Source: Thermodesulfobacteriota bacterium
GTDB lineage: Bacteria > Desulfobacterota > Desulfarculia > JACQYL01
Direction of reading: 5' to 3'
Assembly (NCBI GenBank): GCA_963675595.2
Contig: CAXXLZ010000001.1
Coordinates: forward strand, 1,632,001 to 1,696,000
DNA: 64,000 nt
A program made the position numbers and the translations under genes. The notes under the pieces are model-generated. The model was not told the origin of the DNA and did no database searches. It was given only the letters and a program-made list of their open reading frames with translations. Shown piece after piece: positions 9,157 through 18,662 of the stretch (the stretch's first letter is position 1; each line of letters opens with the position of its first letter).

Positions 9157-11477
9157 TGGAAGGCAAGAAAGACATTTACTACCTTCACGGGTTGGCCGTT
9201 CCCGAGACGCCTGCCGCGGGCAATGCGCCCGAACCGTGGAAAGAGACTCGCGTGGTCGGCACTCGCCAACCGCGAGTGGACGGTTACGAGCGATTGAGCG
9301 GTTCGGCGATTTATCCCTCGGACGTCGTCTTACCGGGAATGCTTTACGGAGCCGTTCTCAGATGTCCTCATCCCCACGCCGAGATCGAAGACATCGATAC
9401 CTCCGCGGCGGAAAAGATTCCGGGCGTCCGGGCGGTGCTCACGGGTCGAAGCCCGGATGCCGAGGTTTTGTGGCGGGAAGATCAGGATTATCAGACCCTG
9501 CTGTTCAATCGTATCTGCCGATTCGAAGGAGAGGCCGTGGCGGCCGTGGCCGCGGACACCCCCTATATCGCATCGGATGCGCTGCGAGCCATCCGGGTGG
9601 AATACAAGGTCCTTCCTTTCACCGTTAACGAACGCCGCGCGTTGGAACCGGACGCACCCAAGGTCCATTCGCACGGCAACCGTGCGTCCGTGACCCATTA
9701 TGCACGGGGAGACGTGTTCAAAGGGTTGGAGCAGGCGGATGTGGTCCATGAAGAATCCTACCGAACCCAATGCGAAATCCACACGCCCATGGAGCTTCAC
9801 GGGTGTGCGGCGCGCTGGGAAGGCGATTCCCTGACCATCTGGGAATCGACTCAAGGGGTGTACGCCGTACAGGAAAAGGCGGCACGCGCACTGGGCATGC
9901 CGTTGTCGCGCGTCCGCGTCATCGGGCACTACATGGGCGGAGGATTCGGCAGCAAGTTGAAGCCGGGAAAATACACCATTATCGCGGCGCTGCTGGCCCG
10001 GATGACGGCCAGGCCCGTGAAACTTTTCCTCACGCGAGAGGAGACCTATCTCGTCACGGGCAATCGCCCACCCGTCGACATGCGCCTCAAAGCCGGCGTC
10101 AAGAAAGACGGAACCTTGACCGCATTGGACTTCTCCTGCGTGGGAACCGGAGGCGCCTTTCCCTCGGGAGGCACCGCTTTGGTGGATTGGCTGATTCGCG
10201 ATTTGTACACCTGCCCCAACGTTCGCACCGAGTCCACGGACGTGTTCATTCACGCCGGACCCGCTCGCCCCTTCAGAGCGCCGGGACACCCTCAAGGTTC
10301 CTGGGCGCTGGAGCAGATGATGGATGCTTTGGCCGAAAAGACCGGTCTGGATCCGGTGGAAATCCGTCTGAAGAACATCCCATTGTACAGTCAGGCGAGA
10401 GAAGGGAACCCACCTTATACCACGACGGGTCTCAAAGAATGCATTGTCCGGGGCGCAAGGGAGTTTGACTGGAAGCGAGCGCGAGCCCAAGCCGAAAAGA
10501 CCCGGAACCATACGATCCGTCGCGGCGTGGGCATGGCCTGCGCCCTTTGGTTCGTGGGCGGAGGCAGACCTCCTTCCACCATTGTGCTCAAGCTGTTTTC
10601 CGACGGCAGCGCCAACCTGAACATGGGAGCGAGCGACATCGGCACGGGTACGAAAACCGTCATGGCCATGGTGGTCGCGGAAGAATTGAGGATCAGCCCC
10701 CACATGATTCAAATAGAAAACGCCGACACGGGTACCACGCAGTTCGCCACTCCCAGCGGGGGAAGCAAGACCGTACCCACGGAAGCCCCGGCCGTGCGTG
10801 ATGCGGCCTTGCAGGTCAAGCGACAACTTCTGGAAATGGCGGCCAAGGATCTGGAGGCCCCGGTCTCGGAACTCAAGTTCGACATCGACGCTATCTTCTC
10901 CAAGACGGATTCCGGGAAGCGAATCAAGCTGACCGATCTCACGGACTTGAAAAAGGGAGGCGTGGTGGTGGGAATCGGCAGACGCGGGCCCAACCCGGAG
11001 CACAAAGTGGTCAATCCCTTTGTGGCCCAGTTCTGCGAGGTGCAGGTGAACATGAAAACCGGAGAAGTCGGCATCTTGAGATTTCTAAGCGCCAATGAAA
11101 GCGGCCGCGTGATGGACCGACTGACCTTCGACGGGCAGGTCGCGGGTGGAATCACCATGGGAATCGGGCTGGCCATGACGGAGATCCGCGTTCTGGACGA
11201 ACGTGCCACGGGCAAAATGCTGAACCGGAACTGGCACGACTATAAGCTGCCCACCGCCCTCGACGTGCCGCCCGTCATCGTCTCGGCGCCCGTGGAAATG
11301 CCCGACGACGAAGCCAACACGACCGGCGCCAAAGGACTGGGGGAGCCCGTGACCATTCCCACCGCGGGTGCGGTGGCCAACGCGATCCACCATGCCACGG
11401 GAATCCGCATGACGGAATCCCCCATGGATCCGACCAGATTGCTTGCGAGGCTGGTGCAGGCGACTAAGGAGGGATAA
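9156..11477 (+). CDS. Xanthine dehydrogenase family molybdopterin-binding subunit (PaoC/YagR-like)
   Basis: ATG overlaps the upstream TGA. Motifs MGGGFGSK, FRAPGHPQ, DIGTGTKT, KGLGEP. Confidence 0.9.
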   Translation: MEGKKDIYYLHGLAVPETPAAGNAPEPWKETRVVGTRQPRVDGYERLSGSAIYPSDVVLPGMLYGAVLRCPHPHAEIEDIDTSAAEKIPGVRAVLTGRSPDAEVLWREDQDYQTLLFNRICRFEGEAVAAVAADTPYIASDALRAIRVEYKVLPFTVNERRALEPDAPKVHSHGNRASVTHYARGDVFKGLEQADVVHEESYRTQCEIHTPMELHGCAARWEGDSLTIWESTQGVYAVQEKAARALGMPLSRVRVIGHYMGGGFGSKLKPGKYTIIAALLARMTARPVKLFLTREETYLVTGNRPPVDMRLKAGVKKDGTLTALDFSCVGTGGAFPSGGTALVDWLIRDLYTCPNVRTESTDVFIHAGPARPFRAPGHPQGSWALEQMMDALAEKTGLDPVEIRLKNIPLYSQAREGNPPYTTTGLKECIVRGAREFDWKRARAQAEKTRNHTIRRGVGMACALWFVGGGRPPSTIVLKLFSDGSANLNMGASDIGTGTKTVMAMVVAEELRISPHMIQIENADTGTTQFATPSGGSKTVPTEAPAVRDAALQVKRQLLEMAAKDLEAPVSELKFDIDAIFSKTDSGKRIKLTDLTDLKKGGVVVGIGRRGPNPEHKVVNPFVAQFCEVQVNMKTGEVGILRFLSANESGRVMDRLTFDGQVAGGITMGIGLAMTEIRVLDERATGKMLNRNWHDYKLPTALDVPPVIVSAPVEMPDDEANTTGAKGLGEPVTIPTAGAVANAIHHATGIRMTESPMDPTRLLARLVQATKEG

Positions 11478-11480
11478 GCA

Positions 11481-12467
11481 GTGTTGCCCCCGTTCAGCTA
11501 TATCAAAGCGAAGAACCTTCGGCAGGCGGTGGAGCATCTGGCAACGGAAGGTGCGTATGTGCACGCCGGAGGCACGGACCTGTTGGGCTGCCTCCGCGAA
11601 AGAATCTTTCCTGCGGACAAGCTGGTCGCCATCGGCGGGCTGAAGGAACTCGGAGCCATCCATCCCACCAAAGACGGTGGGCTCTCCATCGGAGCCTTGG
11701 CCACCATCACGGATGTCGAGTACCATCCTCTTGTGAAAAAGAGGTATCCCGGACTTTCCCAAGCAGCGTCCGAGGTGGCGAGTCCGCAATTGCGCAATCA
11801 GGGCACCCTCGGAGGGAATCTCTGCCAGAAACCCAGGTGTTGGTACTATCGCGGGGAGTTTCATTGTCTCAGGAAAGGCGGAGAGAACTGCTTTGCCGTG
11901 GGAGGAGAAAATCAGTTCCACTGCATTCTCGGGGGTGATCAGTGCTATATGGTGCACCCCTCGGACACGGCTCCGGCTCTCATCGCCTTCCGGGCTTCGG
12001 TCAAGGTTCAAGGTCGGAAGGGAACGAGAACCGTTCCGGTGGAGGAACTCCACGTTCGTCCGGAGGTGGACGTTCACAGAGAAACCGTGCTGGAACCGGA
12101 TGAGGTGATCACCGAAATCCTGCTCCCCTCCGTCCCGTCCGACCTGAAGTCCGCCTATCGGAAAGTCCGCGCGAGACGCTCCTGGGATTTCGCACTGGCA
12201 GGCGTCGCACCGGCCATTCTGTTCCGCGGTGAGGTGGTGGAAGACGCTCGAATCGTCCTCAGTGGCGTCGCGCCTTTTCCTTGGCGAGCCGTGGAATCGG
12301 AACGCGCGATCATCGGCAAGCGCATCGATCCGGAAACAGCCCGAGAGGCGGCGAGAGCGGCGGTCAAGGACGCCGCTCCCATGACCAAGAACGATTACAA
12401 AGTCTCCCTCATTCAGGCGGTCATTGAAGAACAACTTCTGGAAATAGCCCCAAAAACCGGACAATAA
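11481..12467 (+). CDS. Xanthine dehydrogenase family FAD subunit with [4Fe-4S] insert (PaoB/YagS-like)
   Basis: AGGTDL; ASPQLRNQGTLGGNLCQKPRCWYYR...CLRKGGENC...CYMVHPSD. Confidence 0.9.
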   Translation: MLPPFSYIKAKNLRQAVEHLATEGAYVHAGGTDLLGCLRERIFPADKLVAIGGLKELGAIHPTKDGGLSIGALATITDVEYHPLVKKRYPGLSQAASEVASPQLRNQGTLGGNLCQKPRCWYYRGEFHCLRKGGENCFAVGGENQFHCILGGDQCYMVHPSDTAPALIAFRASVKVQGRKGTRTVPVEELHVRPEVDVHRETVLEPDEVITEILLPSVPSDLKSAYRKVRARRSWDFALAGVAPAILFRGEVVEDARIVLSGVAPFPWRAVESERAIIGKRIDPETAREAARAAVKDAAPMTKNDYKVSLIQAVIEEQLLEIAPKTGQ

Positions 12468-12490
12468 AGCATGAATGCGAGGTATCGACC

Positions 12491-12607
12491 ATGAACAAGC
12501 TGTTGATCACGGCCTTTGTTTGCGTGATCATTGCCATTGCCCTCTCAAAAACCGTTCGCAGAAAAAGAAGCAGATCTGTGACGGAGAAAAAGAAGGACGT
12601 GTCCTAA
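12491..12607 (+). CDS. Putative 38-aa single-pass membrane peptide
   Basis: GAGGT RBS, then MNKLLITAFVCVIIAIALSKTVRRKRSRSVTEKKKDVS*: a hydrophobic stretch followed by a basic tail. Confidence 0.45.
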   Translation: MNKLLITAFVCVIIAIALSKTVRRKRSRSVTEKKKDVS

Positions 12608-12838
12608 CTAGTTAAACCAAGCCGGATGGTTACCATAATCACATGGTTAAGTATGTTTAATATGCAGGCTTAATGTTGCCGTACACAACTGCTGCTTCAA
12701 TTCGTACTCCAATGTCCTGAGTCACTCTCCCATTACACCGCAAAAGCATGCTTCCATACTGATTTCGTCATCAGGCATCGCGAATTTTCTGAAAATAATC
12801 AGTGCAGGCATGGAATGCACACATGAAAGGAGTCACGG

Positions 12839-13837
12839 ATGCATAACGTCGCCATCAATGGGATGGGAAGAATCGGCAGGGCCGTATTTAAAATCATACT
12901 GGATACTCCCGGTCTTCACCTCGCCGCGGTGAACGACCTTCTGCCGACGGATAATCTGGCATATCTCCTCAAGTACGACTCGGTTTATGGTCGGTACGAA
13001 AAAGAGGTGAAAGCGGGGCCGAAGGGTCTGATCGTTGAAGGCGAGGAATATCGCATGTTCAACGAAAGAGAGCCCGAACGACTTCCCTGGGGTGAGCTGG
13101 GTATCGAGGTGGTTTTCGAGTGCACCGGCGTTTTCCGGAAAAAGGAAGACATGGAGAAACATCTGAAGGCGGGCGCCAAGCGCGTCATCCTCTCTGCGCC
13201 GGAAAAGACGGGCGAAGTGGAAACGGTCGTACACGGAGTCAAGACATCCGATGATTTCCCGCAATTGATCTCTTGTGCGAGTTGTACGACCAACTGCATC
13301 ACCCCGGTCGTCGAAATCGTTGGAAGAAGAATCGGGATGAAAAAGGCGGTCATGACCACCATACATGCCTATACGGCAAGCCAATCCATTGTCGACGGCC
13401 CCAAAAGCAAATGGAGACGCGGGAGGGCGGCGGCGGTCAATTTTGTTCCGACTTCGACGGGAGCGGCGCGTGCAACGACCAAGGTGCTCCCCCAATACCA
13501 GGGAAAATTCGACGGGGTGGCCGTCCGCGGACCCGTACCGGCGGGGTCCGTGGCCGATCTCGTATTCGTTACGGAACGCAAGGCGTCCGTCCGGGAGGTC
13601 AACGATATTTTTCGTGAAGAAGCGTCCGGCGAGAGATACGCGGGAATTTTGGGCGTTGCCGAGGACCCGATCGTCTCGTCGGACATCATCAAGGATTCGC
13701 GGGCGTCCGTCGTGGATTTGAGCATGACCCAGGTGGTGGATGGTGATTTGCTCAAAGTCATGAGCTGGTACGACAACGAATGGGGTTACAGTTCTCAGAT
13801 GGTCAGAGAAGCCGGCCGGATGACCCGTTCTATGTAG
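12839..13837 (+). CDS. gap: Type I glyceraldehyde-3-phosphate dehydrogenase
   Basis: INGMGRIGR, ASCTTNC catalytic motif, SWYDNEWGYS. Confidence 0.95.
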   Translation: MHNVAINGMGRIGRAVFKIILDTPGLHLAAVNDLLPTDNLAYLLKYDSVYGRYEKEVKAGPKGLIVEGEEYRMFNEREPERLPWGELGIEVVFECTGVFRKKEDMEKHLKAGAKRVILSAPEKTGEVETVVHGVKTSDDFPQLISCASCTTNCITPVVEIVGRRIGMKKAVMTTIHAYTASQSIVDGPKSKWRRGRAAAVNFVPTSTGAARATTKVLPQYQGKFDGVAVRGPVPAGSVADLVFVTERKASVREVNDIFREEASGERYAGILGVAEDPIVSSDIIKDSRASVVDLSMTQVVDGDLLKVMSWYDNEWGYSSQMVREAGRMTRSM

Positions 13838-13966
13838 GGAACGCCCTTTTAGGTCGAGGTGTTGGATTCCAAAGCCGGGAGCGGCGCGATGAGGTCCCGC
13901 AACGTGTCGCGCCGTTGCCCGCGTTCGGCATATTGGATGCTTCCTCCGTGCCGGTCACCTCTCCCA

Positions 13967-16693
13967 TCAGCGAGTATCGTCCTCCGAAGAGGCTCGGGTG
14001 TCCACTAGACCAAAGGTTATCAATATCTGAGCCGGAATCAGGGGCAATAGACTCATGAAGAGAATCAGCAGCCACCCCGAGACTCCCGGTTTGACCAGAT
14101 GCAGGATTTCGGACAACCCGGGAACGTAAACCGCGGCCGACAATAAGGCGACACACAGAGCCAATGCCTGCCAAATGAACGGGTTTCTCGTGATTTCATT
14201 GGAGAGGAGATTCGAACCGGCATCTCGCATGTTGAATACATGCCAAAGCCTGGAAAAAGACAGGGTGAGGAAGGAGATGGTGACCGCCCGGGGAACGGTC
14301 ATCCCGAGCGGGAGTAAGGCAATGGAAAAGGCCCCCAACACCGTAGAAGCGATCATCAGGCCGTGGACACAGATGAACCCCCAATGTCGACGCGTGAGAA
14401 TGCGTTCCTTGAGACTCAACGGGCGCCGTATCTTGTCGCCCGGCTCCCCGCCGCCGACTCCCAAGGCCAGAGCCGGAAACACGTCGCCGATCATATTGAG
14501 ATACAGTATCTGCAGGGGCAGCAAAGGCAGGGGCGCGTCGGCCGCCCAGGCCAACGAGACGATGAGAATTTCACCGACATTTCCGGAAAGCAGAAAAAGA
14601 ATGAATTTGCGGATATTGTTCAAAATGGCTCGGCCGTATTCAATCGCCACGACAATGGTCCCGAAGGAATCGTCCAGAAGCACCATGTCCGCGGTCTCCT
14701 TGGCCGATTGAGTACCCCGCCGGCCCATGGCCACCCCGATATCGGCCTTCTTGAGCGCCGGAGCGTCGTTGACGCCGTCACCGGTCATGGCCACCACGGA
14801 CCCTTCTCGTTGATGCAGTTCGATGAGCTCAAGTTTGTTCTCGGGGCTGACCCGTGCAAAAATCGACGCCTTCAGAAACCTCCTTCGATCTTCTTCGGAA
14901 CTCGCTTCAGGAGAAAGCAATTCTTTCCCTAAAACGACTTCATCCGGTTCCCCGTCCACCAGGCCAACGGCTTGGGCCATATAGCGCGCCGTTTCCGGCT
15001 GGTCTCCTGTGGCCATAACGACCCTGATCCCGGCCGCACGACAAGCGGACACAGCCTGGGGGACCTCCCCGCGAGGAGGATCCAACAAGGCGACCATGCC
15101 CAAAAATTCCAGATTCCGGTAGGGGGGATCATCTTCGCGGTGGCCGTGTTTGCCGGCGAGAGCCAGGACTCTGAATCCGTCCGCGGCCAGCCTGCGATTC
15201 ACCTCCAACCACGCTTCCCTCTCTTCATCTCCCCATTCCCGGCCACCTTCCTCCGTGCGGATTCGTGTGCACGTTTCCACCACCGGTTCCGGAGCCCCTT
15301 TAACGGCGGTGCGATACCCCTCTCCACCTCCATGCACCGTGGCCATCATCTTGGAATCCGAATCAAAAGCGTCCTCCCGAACTTCCGGAACCTTCTCGAG
15401 GAGTTCGTCGCGAAAGATCCCAAAACGGGCGCCGGCCTCAAGGAGAGCGATTTCGAGAGGGTCTCCCACGGGCTCTTCGTCGGAATCATCCGGATCACGG
15501 GCCAGGGAGGCGTTGTTGCACAGCACGCCGACTTCCAGGGCACCTCTCAAAAGGGTATTCTCCGCGAGGTTCGGTAGCGCGTTGTCACCGGACTTCGCGT
15601 CTTGTGAGCCCTCATCGGCGTCGATCATATTGAACTCACCGGAATCCAGAATTACCCGCCGCACGGTCATGCGGTTTTCGGTCAACGTGCCGGTTTTATC
15701 CGTGAAGATCACGTTGGTAGACCCCAGTGTTTCGATGGCCGACAGCCGGTTGACCAGCGCGTTGTGTCGGGCCATACGCCGCATGCCGCGTGCAAGGGCA
15801 AGCGTAGCCACAATGGGCAACCCTTCGGGAATGGCCGCAACGGCCAACGCAATGGCGGTTTCAATGACCAGCAGGGTTTCCTTTCCACTGATCAATCCGG
15901 TGACCGCCACCAGGACCCCGATCGCCATGGTTACCCACACCAAGCGCCTACCCAGGCGATCCAATCTTTTCTCCAGAGGGGTTTTCTCTTCTTCCGCTTC
16001 CCGCACAAGGGACGATATCCGACCCAATTCCGTGTCCATGCCACCGGCGACCACGACCCCCTTACCCGAACCTCGCGTCACCGAAGTGCCTTTGAACAAC
16101 ATGTTGTACCGCTCGGCAAGCGGGGTGGATTCATCCAAAGCGGAAAGCGCCTTGGACACCGGCACGGACTCTCCGGTCAATGCCGCTTCTCCGGCTTCCA
16201 GCTTGTTCGCTTCTATAAGGCGAAGATCGGCCGTCACCAGATCCCCTCCGTCGATAACGACGACGTCTCCCGGCACCAGATCCGCGGCCGAGAGTTCTTG
16301 GATCCCGCCTTCCCGTAACACCTTGGCGGTGACTTTGTTGAGTTTGGTGAGTGCTTCCATGGAGCGAACCGCTCGGAACTCGGTGAAAAAGCCGATCATC
16401 GCATTGATGATCAAAGCGGCTCCAATAGCCGCCGTTTCCACCAGATTGCCGAAAGCGAGCGCCAGAACCGCGGCGATCACCAAGAGCAGTGGAATCAGCC
16501 CCTTGAACTGGTCCCCCAAGATGTTCCAAGGCCTCCTGGGCTGAGTGCTTCGAAGAAGATTGGGGCCGAATCGGTTCCTCCGAGCGGAAACTTCTCCAAG
16601 ATCGAGACCTCCGCCGGGATCGACCTCCAGTTCATCCAAAATTGATTGGTAATCACGCGTCCACGGTTGGGTCGGAAGATTCCTGATGGTCAT
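13967..16693 (-). CDS. Cation-transporting P-type ATPase (type IIA, PacL/CtpF-like)
   Basis: TGES, PEGL, DKTGTLT, KGAPE, TGDGVNDAPALKKADIG. Confidence 0.95.
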   Translation of the reverse strand: MTIRNLPTQPWTRDYQSILDELEVDPGGGLDLGEVSARRNRFGPNLLRSTQPRRPWNILGDQFKGLIPLLLVIAAVLALAFGNLVETAAIGAALIINAMIGFFTEFRAVRSMEALTKLNKVTAKVLREGGIQELSAADLVPGDVVVIDGGDLVTADLRLIEANKLEAGEAALTGESVPVSKALSALDESTPLAERYNMLFKGTSVTRGSGKGVVVAGGMDTELGRISSLVREAEEEKTPLEKRLDRLGRRLVWVTMAIGVLVAVTGLISGKETLLVIETAIALAVAAIPEGLPIVATLALARGMRRMARHNALVNRLSAIETLGSTNVIFTDKTGTLTENRMTVRRVILDSGEFNMIDADEGSQDAKSGDNALPNLAENTLLRGALEVGVLCNNASLARDPDDSDEEPVGDPLEIALLEAGARFGIFRDELLEKVPEVREDAFDSDSKMMATVHGGGEGYRTAVKGAPEPVVETCTRIRTEEGGREWGDEEREAWLEVNRRLAADGFRVLALAGKHGHREDDPPYRNLEFLGMVALLDPPRGEVPQAVSACRAAGIRVVMATGDQPETARYMAQAVGLVDGEPDEVVLGKELLSPEASSEEDRRRFLKASIFARVSPENKLELIELHQREGSVVAMTGDGVNDAPALKKADIGVAMGRRGTQSAKETADMVLLDDSFGTIVVAIEYGRAILNNIRKFILFLLSGNVGEILIVSLAWAADAPLPLLPLQILYLNMIGDVFPALALGVGGGEPGDKIRRPLSLKERILTRRHWGFICVHGLMIASTVLGAFSIALLPLGMTVPRAVTISFLTLSFSRLWHVFNMRDAGSNLLSNEITRNPFIWQALALCVALLSAAVYVPGLSEILHLVKPGVSGWLLILFMSLLPLIPAQILITFGLVDTRASSEDDTR

Positions 16694-16848
16694 GAATGAC
16701 TGCCGCCGAATGAAAGAGGATTGGTTTTCGCCCAAGACGGACGCACTGCGTGCGTAGCCTTGACGTGCGAATGAGGATACCTTCGGAATAACAATCTAAA
16801 TCTCATAGGGTTATGATAATAAGTTAACTCAATATATCAAGTGTGCAA

Positions 16849-17577
16849 TCAGCTCAACATCCCACGAAGACTCAAAGCGTCTTGAACGGCATAGCCCGCT
16901 TCATCGTTGTCGAAGTAGCAGTAGACCTCTATCCCTGAGGCCATCCAGGAGGAAATTGCGCCGGCCCAGTCCGCCAGGGTCTGAACGTCGTAACTTCCCC
17001 GGTAGGCTTCTCCCGGTCCGTGAAGACGGATGTAGACGAAATCCGCGGTGATCTCTCTGGGAGACCGTCTTCCGCCGATCTCGTAAATGCAGAAGGCGGC
17101 GCCATGCTCCTCAAGGACGCGGTACGCCGTTGCCGTCAACCAACTGGGGTCTCGAAGTTCAAAGGCGTAGCGGAAGCCTTTGGGAAGGTGTTTCAGGAAA
17201 GTCTTAAGTCGGTCGGCGTTGAAATGAAACCGGGGCGGCAGTTGGAACAGCACCGGCCCCAGTTGTTCTCCCAGAACTTGAATTACGGACAGAAAAGCCG
17301 GCAGCGATTTGTCCGGGTCCTTCAGCTTCTTGATGTGCGTGATGTAGCGGCTCGCTTTCACCGCGAACAGGAAGTCGTCCCTTACGGTGCGTTTCCAGGC
17401 GAGGAGAGCCTTTTCCTCGGGAAGCCGATAGAAGGTATGGTTGATCTCCACCGTATCGAATGCGTGGCCGTAATATTCGAGAAAATCCGCTTTGGGCAGG
17501 TGCGAGGGATAAAACGCGCCACGCCAATGCTCGTAATGGAATCCGGAGGTTCCGATATGGAACGGCGCTCGCGTCAT
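16849..17577 (-). CDS. DUF72 family protein
   Basis: IGTSGFHYEHW, TVEINHTFY, LFQLPP, YIRLHG, YFDND. Confidence 0.9.
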   Translation of the reverse strand: MTRAPFHIGTSGFHYEHWRGAFYPSHLPKADFLEYYGHAFDTVEINHTFYRLPEEKALLAWKRTVRDDFLFAVKASRYITHIKKLKDPDKSLPAFLSVIQVLGEQLGPVLFQLPPRFHFNADRLKTFLKHLPKGFRYAFELRDPSWLTATAYRVLEEHGAAFCIYEIGGRRSPREITADFVYIRLHGPGEAYRGSYDVQTLADWAGAISSWMASGIEVYCYFDNDEAGYAVQDALSLRGMLS

Positions 17578-17752
17578 TTTAGGGGTATCAGTTCGAATCC
17601 TAATGTGGGGGCGAGGAGCAGGATTCGGTCTTTCCTATTTCAGGTAGAGCCAATTCAGTCTTCATGTACGGCTGCACCACCGCCCTCAAATCCCTTGGAA
17701 TAAATTCCCGTAAGATCAACATCCGAAGGCTTTTGCGAAAAGGATTCAAGGA

Positions 17753-18181
17753 TTAGCGGTTCGGTTCCGAAGGCTTGGATACCTCCTGAATCAACTCACC
17801 CGCCGGCCCCTTTCCGATGCTTTCCGCCAAATCTCCCAAAGACAGCACACCGGTTACCTTGCCCTAACCACCAATGACCGGAAGCCTGCGGATTTGCTCC
17901 GTCTCCATTAATCTCGCCGCGTCGGAAACATCCGCTTCCTCCGCACAGGAAACGACCTTTTCGCTCATGGCTTCCCCAACGTGCGCACCGGTGGGATCGA
18001 GGCCGGAAGCCACCCCGCGAACAACAATATCACGATCGGTGATGATCCCTTTCAGGTCATTACCTTCCGACACCGGGATCGCTCCTATGTTCATTTCTTT
18101 CATGATCCGGGCGGCCTCCATGAGCCTAGCGTCCGAACCGATGAATTTAACGTCTCTCGTCATGATTTCTTCCACCTACAT
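17753..18181 (-). pseudogene. Tandem-CBS domain protein (Hrp1-like) with two in-frame TAG codons
   Basis: GGAG RBS, then ATG TAG GTG GAA... A second TAG at 17866-17864 is followed in frame by GKVTGVLSLGDLAE...EPNR and TAA at 17755-17753; the full frame is 142 codons. Confidence 0.75.
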
Positions 18182-18662
18182 GCCGTCTCCTTATTTTTTG
18201 AGGTTCAATAAAAGGTCTCAACGACCGGCGGACGTTCCTCAAGATTCGGGCCGCAAAGAGACTTTCTTTGGATGAAACGAATATGGCAGTCCATAAGGTC
18301 GGGCCTGATCTTCTTTTGCCTGAACCCCAATCTCAAAGAATATCCTACCGCACTATGCCGGCAAATCGGCATCCGGTTCATGACCGATTTTTCCAATACC
18401 GACCCTAGGCGGCCTAAAATTCAGCCCGACTCTCGACAGTCTGAAGTGGCCCGGTATTCATGAACTCGAAGGCACATAGAGAAGGATGCACTGAAGAACC
18501 ACCAAAACAGGTGGGCTCTGTAGGACGCATTTCTGGTGTCCACACCGGATATCAACTACGACGCGCATAAGATAGTTTTTGCAGGCAAATAGAGCTTCGA
18601 ACGGCTCAGCCGATTCGAAAGCTTTCAGGCTTACCTGTAACCTTTAATCAAAGGGGACGTTC

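Noticed and set aside
9330-12464. Long minus-strand ORFs 9330..11003 and 11085..12464
   Set aside because: Shadows of the molybdoenzyme genes, as expected in GC-rich coding DNA.
17864-18175. Intact 103-aa CBS protein as given in the ORF track
   Set aside because: It is the fragment between two TAG codons of a 142-codon frame.
17753-18181. Genome-wide reassignment of TAG
   Set aside because: Several full-length genes in the window end at TAG (for example at 2432, 4793, 8476, 13837 and 25919).
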